From Flectonema sp. DT1601 (lineage: Eukaryota): 64,000 nt of DNA. A model generated the notes under the pieces. It was not told where the DNA came from. It did not search any database and was given only the letters and a program-made list of their open reading frames with translations. Shown in pieces: positions 46,779-58,242 of this stretch. The stretch lies in NCBI GenBank assembly GCA_964019425.1, contig OZ025787.1:744001-808000 (forward strand), in the 5' to 3' direction. Both the position numbers and the translations under genes were made by a program. Numbering within the stretch: the stretch's first letter is position 1; every line of letters begins with the position of its first letter.

Positions 46779-47073
46779 TTTATTAGTTCCGAAGAGTAAC
46801 TGAGACTGAGGGATGAGATAAATATTAAATAATATTACAATAGACACATTAACTCTGAATAGAAGGTAGGCTCGTAGACTTTAACATGAATCCTTGCCTT
46901 AACCTGTTATATAATACAACTCTTCGTTAAAACACAATATAATACATGAGAACCACAACAACTCGTATGATATGCTAAACGAGTTGTTTGTTAACAACGA
47001 AACAGGTAGACAGGAAAATAAACAAAAATAAATGACACGAAAAGTGTGTAAATTCGCAACTGGCTAAGGTCGC

Positions 47074-49912
47074 TTAACAAGTGGCAACGTCATCTGTGGT
47101 TTCGGGGATTATATTTTGCCAATACACTCCTTTAAACACAGCTTGTTCTGAATAGGATACGGAGACAGTATTGACATCACTTGAATTTATTAAAAAAGAC
47201 GCATCCAAATACCATCCAAGAAAGCAATTACGAGTGTGGGGAAGAGCACCACGACTGTTCCAAGCCATGGATAGATTTGTGGGGATAGAATTGAGCGTAA
47301 GACTGACTGAAAGAGTTGGATCAGGATTCTCAAAGTAGATATATAACAGTAATCGACTTGGTACTAACCAAGTTGCTTTATAGTCAGTTGGATTCCAGGG
47401 AATCGGATATGATTTTTTTCGAGACTCCAATTGATTTCGCATGTCGTTCGTTACGACAATCGTTCCATTCCACTTTCCTGTTATTTCAGATGTTGTTGTG
47501 GTGGTATCTGATAGGATGTCTCCTTTCATTTTTATTAATAGTTTTTGATATTCCATTCCGTGGTGTGTTTCTATTGTATTTGTTGTACATGTGATCCCGT
47601 TTATCAAACCGTTAAAATGATCACTTCTCACATACATTGAGTACACCTCTCCACTATATCCATATACAGAAAGTGATTGATTTCGAAATGGGATTCCAAA
47701 TACAGTCGGTGGGAATTCCTCAAAATGACTACTTGAAAATTGTACGACGACGACACTCTCGCCCATTATCTCAACTAACACCGTGTCGTTATATGCACAT
47801 GGCGGAAGCATATATTCCAAAGGATAAATTATAGAGCAATTCCACCTATAAGAACTTGAACTAGGCTTATTAAGACCAATATAGTTATTAACAGGTAGCT
47901 GTACTGAAAGTTTATATGGATTTGGATTAATAATGAAAACGAATCCTTGTTGATCATGAATTGCAAACGTACCATCGATAGAACCTTGTCGGGGAATACC
48001 AATATTCAAATAAGGGATATTAAGAACGTTTGTATTTTGAAGTGTTTTTTTGTATTGGTCAGTAAACCGCAACCATTTTCTTATGAATAAAACGTCATTA
48101 TCAGGAAACAGATTGTTTTCACTATCATCCCTTGCCGGGATCATATTAAATAAATTATTATGACTCGCCGTAGCAATTGAAGACAACAGCGAATAGCGAT
48201 ATCCCAAAAGATCAAAATCTCTTGTGTTCACATCAAAACACGCTGCTGTATTCTTAAAACAAGGATAACTACCGTTATCAGCTCTCCTCTCTGATAAATG
48301 TGTTATAAATCCAGGCATTGTAATCATTGGTATTAGGCATTCAGTGCTGTATAGATAATTAACGAGTCTCATATTTGATGCAGCAACCATGTCAGTGTGT
48401 AGACTGGGTATCAACACTCCGTATGTCTCTGGATCTTCATCTGAAGATATTGGTTCGCTGTAGCTTCCTGTTTATTGATTTTGTATTGATATTTAAATTA
48501 ATATTCAGGTTTACAGTTATTAACATACCTGCGAGTACATGCCAGGGTCCCCACTTACGGGCATCAACTCGATGGTCCATTGCAATCTCTGGGTGGCGAG
48601 TTTTCAGAGTTTCGATAATACGCATCCAACCTCTCCATTGCGAATAAAAAAGATGTTGAGGACCAGCCGTAATTGAATGGTCCCAAGCAAACCCGCCAAC
48701 ATCAGTTGCAATTAGAAACTTGTCAAGTAAATCAATCATTCTTTCTTGAACGTGGGGTGAGCCAAGATTCAGAACTTGTCCAGCGTAGCCGGTTGCAGGA
48801 ACAAAGTAGTCTTCCAGCTCCTTAAACCCGAGAGCTGGATACACGTATGACATCAACTTAATACCATTCTCTTTTGCGTAGTTTAGAATTTCTTGTATTT
48901 CGCTTGGGATAGGATCGATTCCGGGTGAAAATTTATTTTCTCTAACCAGCTCACCGAGAGAGAACCACAAACAGTCTTCCCAACCCCAACCATCAGTAGT
49001 ATTATATCTACTTGAGAAATGGGTATTTCGTGGAGCATACACGACATGGGTGAGGGAGAAGTTTGCTGCACGTGAGATAATTCTTTTATACTGATCTCTA
49101 CCTCGTTGAGTGCTAGCGTCTATTTGATAATCAGATTCATCCCAACCGACGTTTAGCTTCAGTGTTTCACCTCTAGTAGGAAGCATAAAGCTACTGACAC
49201 AGTCTTTAAAACTCTGTAATTCTGTGTACGAAACATCAATAGGGGAACCCACAACAACACTTGTCGGAATTATAAGTACATCATCTAGAAGCAGCCTGTT
49301 TCCTGTACTGTTTAAATGGCCTTCATACATCGCAGTGACTTGGCTGTTGTTAAGTGTTTGTCGCATGTCGTAGTATCCAAAAGGTGATTTTATTGAAATG
49401 GCTAAACCGTTTGTGAGTTGTGATTGTGATCGTAAGAACATCGCAACTTGTCGTTGGCTGAATGGATTTGCTTTTGTGACTGATGTGAGACTTTCATGTA
49501 ATATTGTAATGTTAAGTAATGTTGCTGCAATAACAGTTATAGAGTTTTTAATGGGAATCACTGATAAACTACGCTGAAGATATCCACCTGCTGATATAGA
49601 GATATTCATTCCAACCTCAATAGTTTGATGTGAATGAATCCCTGTACAGATATAGTCCCACTCTGCCCAATAGTCGGTTGTTCGTTTTACGCTTCCTTTA
49701 CAATTTCCTTTATTGAATATTTCTGTTGTGGGTTTGTTTGTTATTATCTCAAAGCCGTTTTCTGATTCGACTACGTTGATGTTCCAATTTCGGAACGTAA
49801 TATTATTTATATTTCCGTCATCAGATATGACGCTTCTCAAACCATCTCTATTAAGAATAATAGACCCTTGGGCAGTAGTTGTTAGTAGTATTAATATTGG
49901 TATGAATTTCAT
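47074..49912 (-). CDS. Secreted glycoside hydrolase-like protein (possible clan GH-D TIM barrel), 925 aa
   Basis: Signal peptide MKFIPILILLTTTAQG. Exons 48529-49912 and 47074-48467 join in frame across a 61-nt intron. YAKENGIKLMSY, LNLGSPHVQ, GGFAWDH and LKTRHPEIAMD resemble GH27/GH36 barrel motifs; the gene is solid, the function tentative. Confidence 0.65.
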
Positions 49913-50251
49913 TATTATCCGCTTCCTTCTGGAGAGAATGAAAAAAAAAGAATATAACAATCAAAAAGGAGATAAGTTTGATCAGTCTTTCGTCATCGCA
50001 TGTATGTGTCTGAAAATAATAATAACAGAGAGAGAATTGAACTGGTCAATAAACGAAAATTTCGTAACTAAATATGAAAACACTTATCAGACTTTACGGA
50101 GATTGTACTCTCAAATATGAGATACAACTTTTAGTCGGCTGCTGTTCGCTGTGGAAGCAGCTCCTTAAAGATTAACACGTGTACTGCAAGTGTGTGATAT
50201 CGAGCAGTGCTTGCGTATAGAATATCGTAGTCACTTCTACCTTTGACTTGT

Positions 50252-50842
50252 CTACCAAACATCAGGGTCAGTCGATTGCTTAAAGTTGCTCGGGCTGGGT
50301 CCGCGATATCTGAGAATTCGAGGGTCAACACATCCCTTCTGACCGAGCTGTTTAATTAATTGTGACTTTCTATACTTATAATGTAAGTTAATAATGTTTC
50401 TGAGTAATCAACAACATACCATCGAACCAAACTGACTGAGGGTACCATCCGTTGACTCGCTGGCCATATCTCTGTCTCCTCCTTGTGTGGCTCCGATTGA
50501 TATTTCACTACCAACTTCGCGTTGAATTCTTCTATACACTCTAGGAATTATGTAACTAGGTCTTACGTAATATTTCAAAGATGGCAGCGAGTGCTGTACG
50601 AAATCTCTCATAGAGTGTACCTTCCTACTAGTGTACAACCGTTCTACAGTTGCTGAAGGATTCTCTACTCCCTCCGATCGGAGAATATGTTCTAATTTGT
50701 TCTTAAAATCATCAGTTGAATCATAAGAATCCCACCAGTAATAACTACGAGATTGACGAGACAAAACAACAGGTTTGTTGAAGTTACATCTCATTCCCGT
50801 TCTCATTGCAGGGCCGGAGCACACCCGCATTATCCTCTTCAT
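50252..50842 (-). CDS. Hypothetical protein with mitochondrial-presequence-like N-terminus, 172 aa
   Basis: Exons 50420-50842 and 50252-50347; N-terminus is Arg-rich and lacks acidic residues (MKRIMRVCSGPAMRTGMR..SRQSRSY). Confidence 0.7.
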
Positions 50843-51042
50843 CTTATATTGCGATACCTGGTGTGAATATAATGTTCGTATTGATCAGAGACACCTACAA
50901 GGTGAATAATAGAATTACTCCTTTATTATTATTTTACTGGGTTGGGGGATTAAATAAATATAAAATATTAATACGAAGTGATAACACAATAAGATGGTAA
51001 GATATGAGAGATGGTGAGTAAGTCAGAAGATTATTCTAACCC

Positions 51043-54000
51043 TCAAAATGATGTAAAAGGGTCGTCCTGTTTGTAACCTTCCCAGTCGGTGTTTTGTAGT
51101 CCTTCAGCACTCATATGACCAAACTCAGAAGAATCAGACGGTGGTTGAACAAACTGCTGAAGTCTTGGGTCTGTTTGAACCGCTTGGAAGAACTGCTCTG
51201 AAGTTGTTTGGCGACTGATTCCAAGAGCAAGAAGTGAGAGTTCAGCTGCGAGAGGATTCTCACAAAGAGGATTAGACCAAGTAGCTGAATGAATTAATGG
51301 AAGACTAACAGGATGTAATAAAAGTGGATTAAGTCTTCTTTGAGAACATCCTAACCTCTCTGACACAGCAGCAACTGTTCTAACAACTTCATTCACACCG
51401 ACAGCAACAAATACTCGACTGTTACCAATCCATTGAGGTATTTGTTCTACTACTTCTTTAACTGATGTTTGGATTATAACAACAATAGAAGTAAATCCAA
51501 GATCCCTTAACACTGGAAGCTGTTCATGAATATTGTGACAATTATCTTTCGTAGTCACAACAACAAGTGTGTCAGCTGATAAAGCTAACAAGACTCCTGC
51601 AGCATTTGAAACGGGAAAGGGTCGAGAAACTAGTTGAATTTCTAACAAAGAGCAGGCATCAGAATCAATCCAGTGAAGTGTGACGTAGCCCTGAAGCTCT
51701 CTTTCTATCTCAACGAGTGTGGCTGAGAGTATCGGTTCTCGGGTATCTCCAGCTACCCAACAGATGCGGTCAAAACTACCAACAGAAGTCGCTTTCTGAC
51801 TTGAAGCTGTCGACCCATTCGATGCCATACTTTCCTTCACTTCTTCAGCGACAGACATTACGTTTGCTATTTCTACTTTCTGAAGACCTGATGAACAAAG
51901 CTTCTCTACGTAGCTGTTAATTGTGAAAGATATCGCTGAGAGGAAAACAAGTTATAAATACCCCTCTCTGAAGAAATAATAATAAGTCATACCTATCTCC
52001 AAACGTCTTACTCCCAATTCGAAGAGCAGAATACTTTAAAACTCCCGAAATTATTGATTTTCGTAATAACGAAGGAACCTGTGGGGACATAACGCAGCCA
52101 TCTGAAGCAGCGTCACCGTCATCGAATCCAACCACGTGTTCTATTGAAGACAATAAGGGTTTTAATTGATCTTTACCATAAAGGTGTAAATCAATAGTTG
52201 TTAAGACAACCATACAACGAGAGTGTTCTGTATTCATCTTTAGTAGTGCCAACTCAACAGTCATTGGAGCTGATGCGATTCCATTACTGTTTACTCGAGT
52301 TAGTTGCGCCATGACACCTATTTATGATGTTGTGTATTTAGTAATTGTTTATTATTATAAAGTACATACCAACTAACCCAAGGATATAAACATCTGGTTT
52401 AACAGGTAGCCTGACTATATTCCTAGCGCAAACATTAATCCCGTGATGGTTTGGTACTAGAACCAAAGTTTTTGAAGACCTGTTAAGAAGCTCTGAAAGA
52501 ATAGAATATTTACTGTTGGTATGCATCTCAAGCTGTCGAAGGATCCGCTCGAGGTTCATAGCAGCTGTTTGACCGATTTCCCACACGGCCCCCTCATGTT
52601 GTAGGAGACCTTTTTATTTATATAGACCACAAAAGTGGTTTTATTTACAAAGATTTCATTAAAGAACATACCAGAGATACAATGCTGAACTACTTCTACT
52701 TGGTTCTTCTGAAGCAGACCCTCAACTTTTTGATACACTCGAGAAGCTGCCTCGGGGCACGTTGTAAATGGTTCTGACTTCACAGCTGCTAACATCTCAT
52801 TAACACATGGATCCATTCGAAATGGTCTTATATTTGAGAACTCTCGATTCTTAATGAAAAGTGTTTCTATTTTAAAAGAGTCGATGAGACGCTGAAGTGA
52901 AGAAATCGTCTCTGGAAGGTCAGCGATGCATAAGAGGCTGCAGGTCGGGTGATCGGCTGAGATTTTTTGAAAAGCTCGACAAGAAGAATCACAACTTCCC
53001 AATACGATTACTGTTCCAAAACCATCTTTTTCAAATAAATTATCAACACAATCAGATACAGACAATGTGATCCTCCTTTGAGCTTCATCCATCTGATGAA
53101 GTAAAGATGATCCATCTGGAGGAGGATTGTTTGGACAATACACTTCTTGTTGTCTAAAAGTCTTCTCTAAAAACTGTCTGTACTGTGGTAACGTTACAGC
53201 TGGTGAATTGTCTCTTGATATTAACCAAAGTATTCTTTCATCAGTTGATTCCAACAGAGTAAGTGAAACATTAATTGCGATGTATTCTGCCCAACCTGTA
53301 TGACCTCCATGTAATATAAAAGAATTAGAACCTGGTGTTGATAATACTGACGTCATCATATCCCATTCCATACTACTGATAGATGTCATTGGACGTTGAA
53401 GAATTCTTTCAGTTCGGTGAATGCGACGATCTGGTGATGAAATTGTTTTCGTTCTTTTTAGAGAAATATCTACATCTGAGAGTGGTCTCTTATTTCGTTC
53501 TTCCGGCACAGGAGACAGTTGAACTTGTTGATTATTAGTAATCACTTCATCATTATCATCATCAACAAGTTTTCTGTGAATACGTTCAAGTCGAGTTTTT
53601 CTGTTTGCTTCCTCCTGCTCTTCAATTTTGAACTTGTTTTTTAGGATTTCGGGTTCTCCAAATTCCTTTTCCGTTGGCAAACTCCGAATAACAACATCAT
53701 GCATACATCTCATCATACAAACACTTGATTGTTGTTTAGCTAATTTCATCAGATCTAATGAGGTCTCGATGTTGTTGTGAAGTGAGACTCGTTCTGATGC
53801 TGACAGACAATCGTCTTTAAAGTTTATATCAAATACTGACAACATATGTGGTGTTGTTACTAATGTTGAATTCAACTCTTCGTTGTTTTTATCTAAAATG
53901 GAAAGTCGGATTTCATCGTTCATCACATCACCAGATGAGGAAGCAACACTTAGTTGAGAACATTCATCAGAAGCAGTGTGATTATCATCACGAACGATGT

Positions 54001-55253
54001 AAGAATCACATAGTAGTGGTTGTGGTATTGTTATTTTCTCTGAAAAAGATTCACTCAAATAACCAACATCAATATGTTGCATAGGCCACCTTAATTCAAC
54101 AACGGGTTTCAATGAAGAATTACTGAGAGGTGACAAACGCTGCTGACTTTCTTGAGATGTATTTGAAGTAAATAGAAATCTCAATTCTTCATTAATATCA
54201 GTCGGGCTACTACTTCCGTAATCCGTAACAGAAACTGATGAAAGAATTGGTCTCAACTGACATCCCGGGGACTCCCCCAAATAGTTGTCAAAATAATACA
54301 ATTTTTCAACTAAATTGCGAACCTCTCTCTCACTGTATTTCACAGTGAATGTTTCAGAACTGATAATTGGATCTGCGATGGTTTGACTTGGGGATGAGTC
54401 AAAGCCATAAAAAGATGAAAGTGGTTGCTCACGATCCTCTACAACAATCGGAGGGACGACTTCAAAAAGAGTCTTCACGACGTCTTCTCCGACAATGTGT
54501 TGATCGACAGACTCAATTTCAATTTCCGCAGTAAGCTCTTCACTGAGAGCTTTTACCATTGAAAAGTCTGGTGTGTCCCAATTTTTAAAAAACTGTTCCT
54601 GTGACGCAGGAGATAGTATCCCATTCAACATAATTGGAAGATACAGATCTTCAGCTGTGGGTCCACACTCAGCTGAGGGCATGTTCTCAACTGTCGGAAC
54701 ATGGCTGTTTTATTTACTTGTTGTTAGTACTCAACACAGGATGAACTATCATCTTAAACATAATAACATACCGAGGCATCATTCTGAGGAATTTAAAGGA
54801 ACTTCTGGTTAACGGTATCGGCTGTGGTAATGCTGTTGAAGTAATGAGTTGAGATGCTTTACACTCTTCATCTATTTTTTGAAAGACTACAGAAGAATAG
54901 TCTTCCTCTTCATGTGGTGATAATGGTCGGCAAACCTCTTGGTATGTTTTAACTGAATCAGAAATGATTCTCAAGTCAGTTGTGTATGACAGCAGGTCTT
55001 CAGTTGATGTTTTTGGACTCGCTAAAGGAGAATCATTGCAATTAAATAAAACATTTTCAGGTATCCGAAATCCAAACTCCTTTTCACTATCAAGATCACC
55101 CTCCAAACCAATTGATAAAAACAACGAACTGGCTTCAATCTTTTTCAACTGCGATTTCTTCTCTTCCCTCATCCTCAACATTTCCAATACGTCTAACGTG
55201 TTGGTACAAGGATTAAACCACGTTAAGTACTTCTCTATATTGTGAGTTAGCAT
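51043..55253 (-). CDS. Large 5-exon protein (1316 aa), tentatively SHOC1/ZIP2-like (XPF-related)
   Basis: Exons 54772-55253, 52672-54704, 52370-52609, 51993-52317, 51043-51913 merge five track ORFs in frame. C-terminal LVEIERE...ENPLAAELSL resembles the SHOC1 XPF-like/HhH region; gene model good, function weak. Confidence 0.6.
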
Positions 55254-55855
55254 TTTTGTATTTTTCTGTAGAACAATAACGTAAGGTAGACTCTAACAAA
55301 ACAACAGGAAACTGTTCTTCTTCGTTCTTAAGAAATTCTCCAAAAAGTCTGTGAGTCTGACGACACCGTAAGAGGGTTTATTTGATAAAAAATACTTTTT
55401 AAGTTCTTGTGAAGCTATCTGAACTCATCGCCGTCAGATTTCCACAAAAAGATTAAAAACGCCTCTACGATGTAAATACGAAAGTGACGAAATAATATAC
55501 CGAGAGCCCACAAAATAAAAGACTCCGCAGCACGAACCTGCAATTTCGGTAACAAAAAACTGTTACTTCGAATTAATGAAGGCGTGTGTCAGACTTTGAC
55601 GTTATCCTTCAAAGGAAGGAGACACAAATTAATGAGCAGTAAAACCATAAATCGCAAGGGAAGAATGAAGGAAATCAAATGCGAACGCCATGCCTACTCC
55701 TAGTCAGGTCTTTGGTTTGATTAGTTTCGATGAAGTGAAGAAGCTTTCAACTCTCAGATCCAATTCGTTTGATTATCTCAGAGGAATAATTACCTGAGAC
55801 AACAACACCATATCATGTGGTTGAATGCAACACAACCTTCACCTTAAAACAACTA

Positions 55856-57926
55856 TCACTTTGACAAGAACAACTTCTTTGAACGAGGAGTCAGTGCTTG
55901 TTTTGACTTTGGTTTCTTAGAGTCGCTGGCAGGAGTTGAAAATCGATTTGATTTTTTTATCGGAGTGACGACGATTGGGGAGTCTACTATCTTAACTGAT
56001 TTCTTCCTACCAGTAGTGGGAGTGGTATTTAACGGTTTGGCAACGTGTCGGGTTGTTGGTGAATCGGATCGGACTTTTCCTTTCTTTTTACCACTTATTG
56101 GAGTATTATGTCGAGTTGATTGTCTGCTTACTGGAGATCCGGGTACGGGTTGCAACATTACCTTCTTTGTCGGTGTATTCATTTCAATCATATGATCAAC
56201 TTTTCGAAGTACTTGTGAGATTTTGGTTTGACTCTTTCTCTTCTTTACATTCAAAACTTGAATCTCTCGGTAGTAGTTCTGATATTCGTTATCAACTTCT
56301 CTATGAAGTTTAATTAGTCCTCGTTCTTTCTTTATCAATTTCTGATTTTGTTATTTTTTAATTAAATTAAATAAATTATTAACAAAATAAATGTGAGAAT
56401 AATAATACAAACCTCTTCAGTGGAAACCGACTGCTTTCCATTTTCTTCGACAATTTGTTTCATTTTATGTTCGATTGCTTCTATAGCCGCATCCTTCTCG
56501 TAGAGAAGTAAGTTTTTGAGACGAATGCTTTCTTTCATTGCCTTCACATCCCTGGTAAGAAGCTCATAGAGACACATATCTACATTCTCACTGAGTGGCG
56601 GCCACTCCTTCGGTTCATAGCGATGTGGGAGTACGGCAGTAGCTGACTTTCGATCTATTTTCTTATTCACTTCTTTTGTTAACTTTAGGTCAGCCAACTG
56701 TTTTTTATTTTATAATTTTATCGTATTTCAGAACGTTTTCTGTTGAATCTTGCCTGTCTCACACAGGGAAATAGATTATATTAACCAGAAAGAAATGTTT
56801 GCTTTCAATCAACAGTTTCTTCTCCGATGACGTCGTTACAAAAAGAAAACACTCATACCACATTATTGATAGACGATAGCCGTTCCTCCATCATTTCGGA
56901 ATAGCTTGAGAGTGCTTTGCTTTCCTTTTCTTTTTCTTCTCGTAGGCCTTTTAGATTGCTACAACGTGACTTTAAGAATTTCTTATCACCGAGAAGTGAC
57001 ACAGCGGTAGTCATCTGTTTTAAAGTTGTTGATTGATAGTAATGTTTTCCAACTATTAAAAATAAAAATAAAACAAAAGGGCATACACTTGCAAGTCGAT
57101 CTTCGCAGACGGCAAGTGTTCCGTCAGCTTTTCGATGCAAGTCTTCCAAATGATTGTATTCTTCTTCTATTTGTAACAACCGACTGTCCATAACATTATG
57201 ATCGTTATAACAAGATCCAATCTTTTCAACGATGTTATCCAACTCTTCTTCCTCCTCTTGTAGTTTGTTGAGGACGTCTTGTTTCCATTTGAGAATAGTT
57301 TTAGAAGAGACTTGTTCTTTCTTAATTACTTTCTTCAAGAAGATTAATTCAATTACAACTTCTTCTTGTTCAACAGTACTCAAACCTCTTCCCATTAGGT
57401 GATGAAAAGTACTATATCCAGTAGTTGCTTGAAGTTGTATATTAAGACATTCCAGGTTTTCTAACTCGCAATCAATCTGTCTGTCGAGAGTGAATGAGTC
57501 GTGAATTTCCCTGGCGAGTATGGCATTGCGCATTTCCTGTTTTTTTTTTTTTTTTTTATTTTTTTTTATTTCGTCTCTCTCCTACTCCCCGAAGGGAAGT
57601 ATTGAATAGGAATTGAAAATAATCTAAACCTGTAGTTTCAGTCTGTTCTCAAGCTTAATTGCCATATCACTAAAGTCTTCGGGTTTCACTTGCGACATGT
57701 CTGCGCGGAAGTCGTAAGGAAGATCTCCGCAGAGCCGCTGCTCTTCTTCTTGGAGCTGTTTTTTAGTGTTGAAAATAAAATTGTTGTGTTTTTTTTTATT
57801 TTCGTGTTGTTGATATTAGAAATCGCATACCGCATCTTCAAGTTCCTCCAATTCCTTTGCTCGCTGTATGATTACAGTTTCTAATTTATTAATTTCATGT
57901 GCTCTCAATTGAACTTCCTCCTCCAT
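55856..57926 (-). CDS. Coiled-coil protein, 6 exons, 532 aa, basic TP/SP-rich C-terminus
   Basis: Exons 57831-57926, 57630-57755, 57087-57536, 56859-57014, 56413-56697, 55856-56341, all phase-0 GT-AG joins that preserve frame. Confidence 0.75.
56753..56841 (-). repeat. Intronic structured element, copy 2 (intron 4 of coiled-coil gene)
   Basis: Homologous to 15323-15408; shared + strand blocks cctgtc, aagaaat, gctttcaatc, agtttcttctccga, acgtcg, tacaa in the same order. Confidence 0.75.
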
Positions 57927-58242
57927 ATTTTATTTTTTCTCCTCTCCCGAGATGACTGATACGAAATTAAAAAAAAAACACAGTAGGCTATCAGGCTGCG
58001 ACGTAGTAAATAGCTGTTAAATAGACACACAGCAGCTGGGGGAAAAGAAAATATTTTAAAATTACAATTACTCATCTATGAATATCAAACCTAACATACA
58101 CAACTGATGGAAACTACAGGTACAGTCCCCTTTAAGGGGATCTAGTTATGTCGCGGGGGTGAGCATTCCCGGAATCTAAATAAATAAAATAAGTGTAGTA
58201 GCACACCCATTGAAAACAAATAAATGTATTCACATTAAAGTT

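Noticed and set aside
50131..50331. Track ORF as exon 2 of the 50842 gene
   Set aside because: The consensus acceptor at 50348 puts exon 2 in a different frame, ending at 50252.
15438..57533. Fragmented ORFs as pseudogenes, frameshifting or an alternative genetic code
   Set aside because: Every break is resolved by a GT-AG intron giving expected lengths (RPS15A 130 aa, WDR1 603 aa); TAA, TAG and TGA all act as stops.
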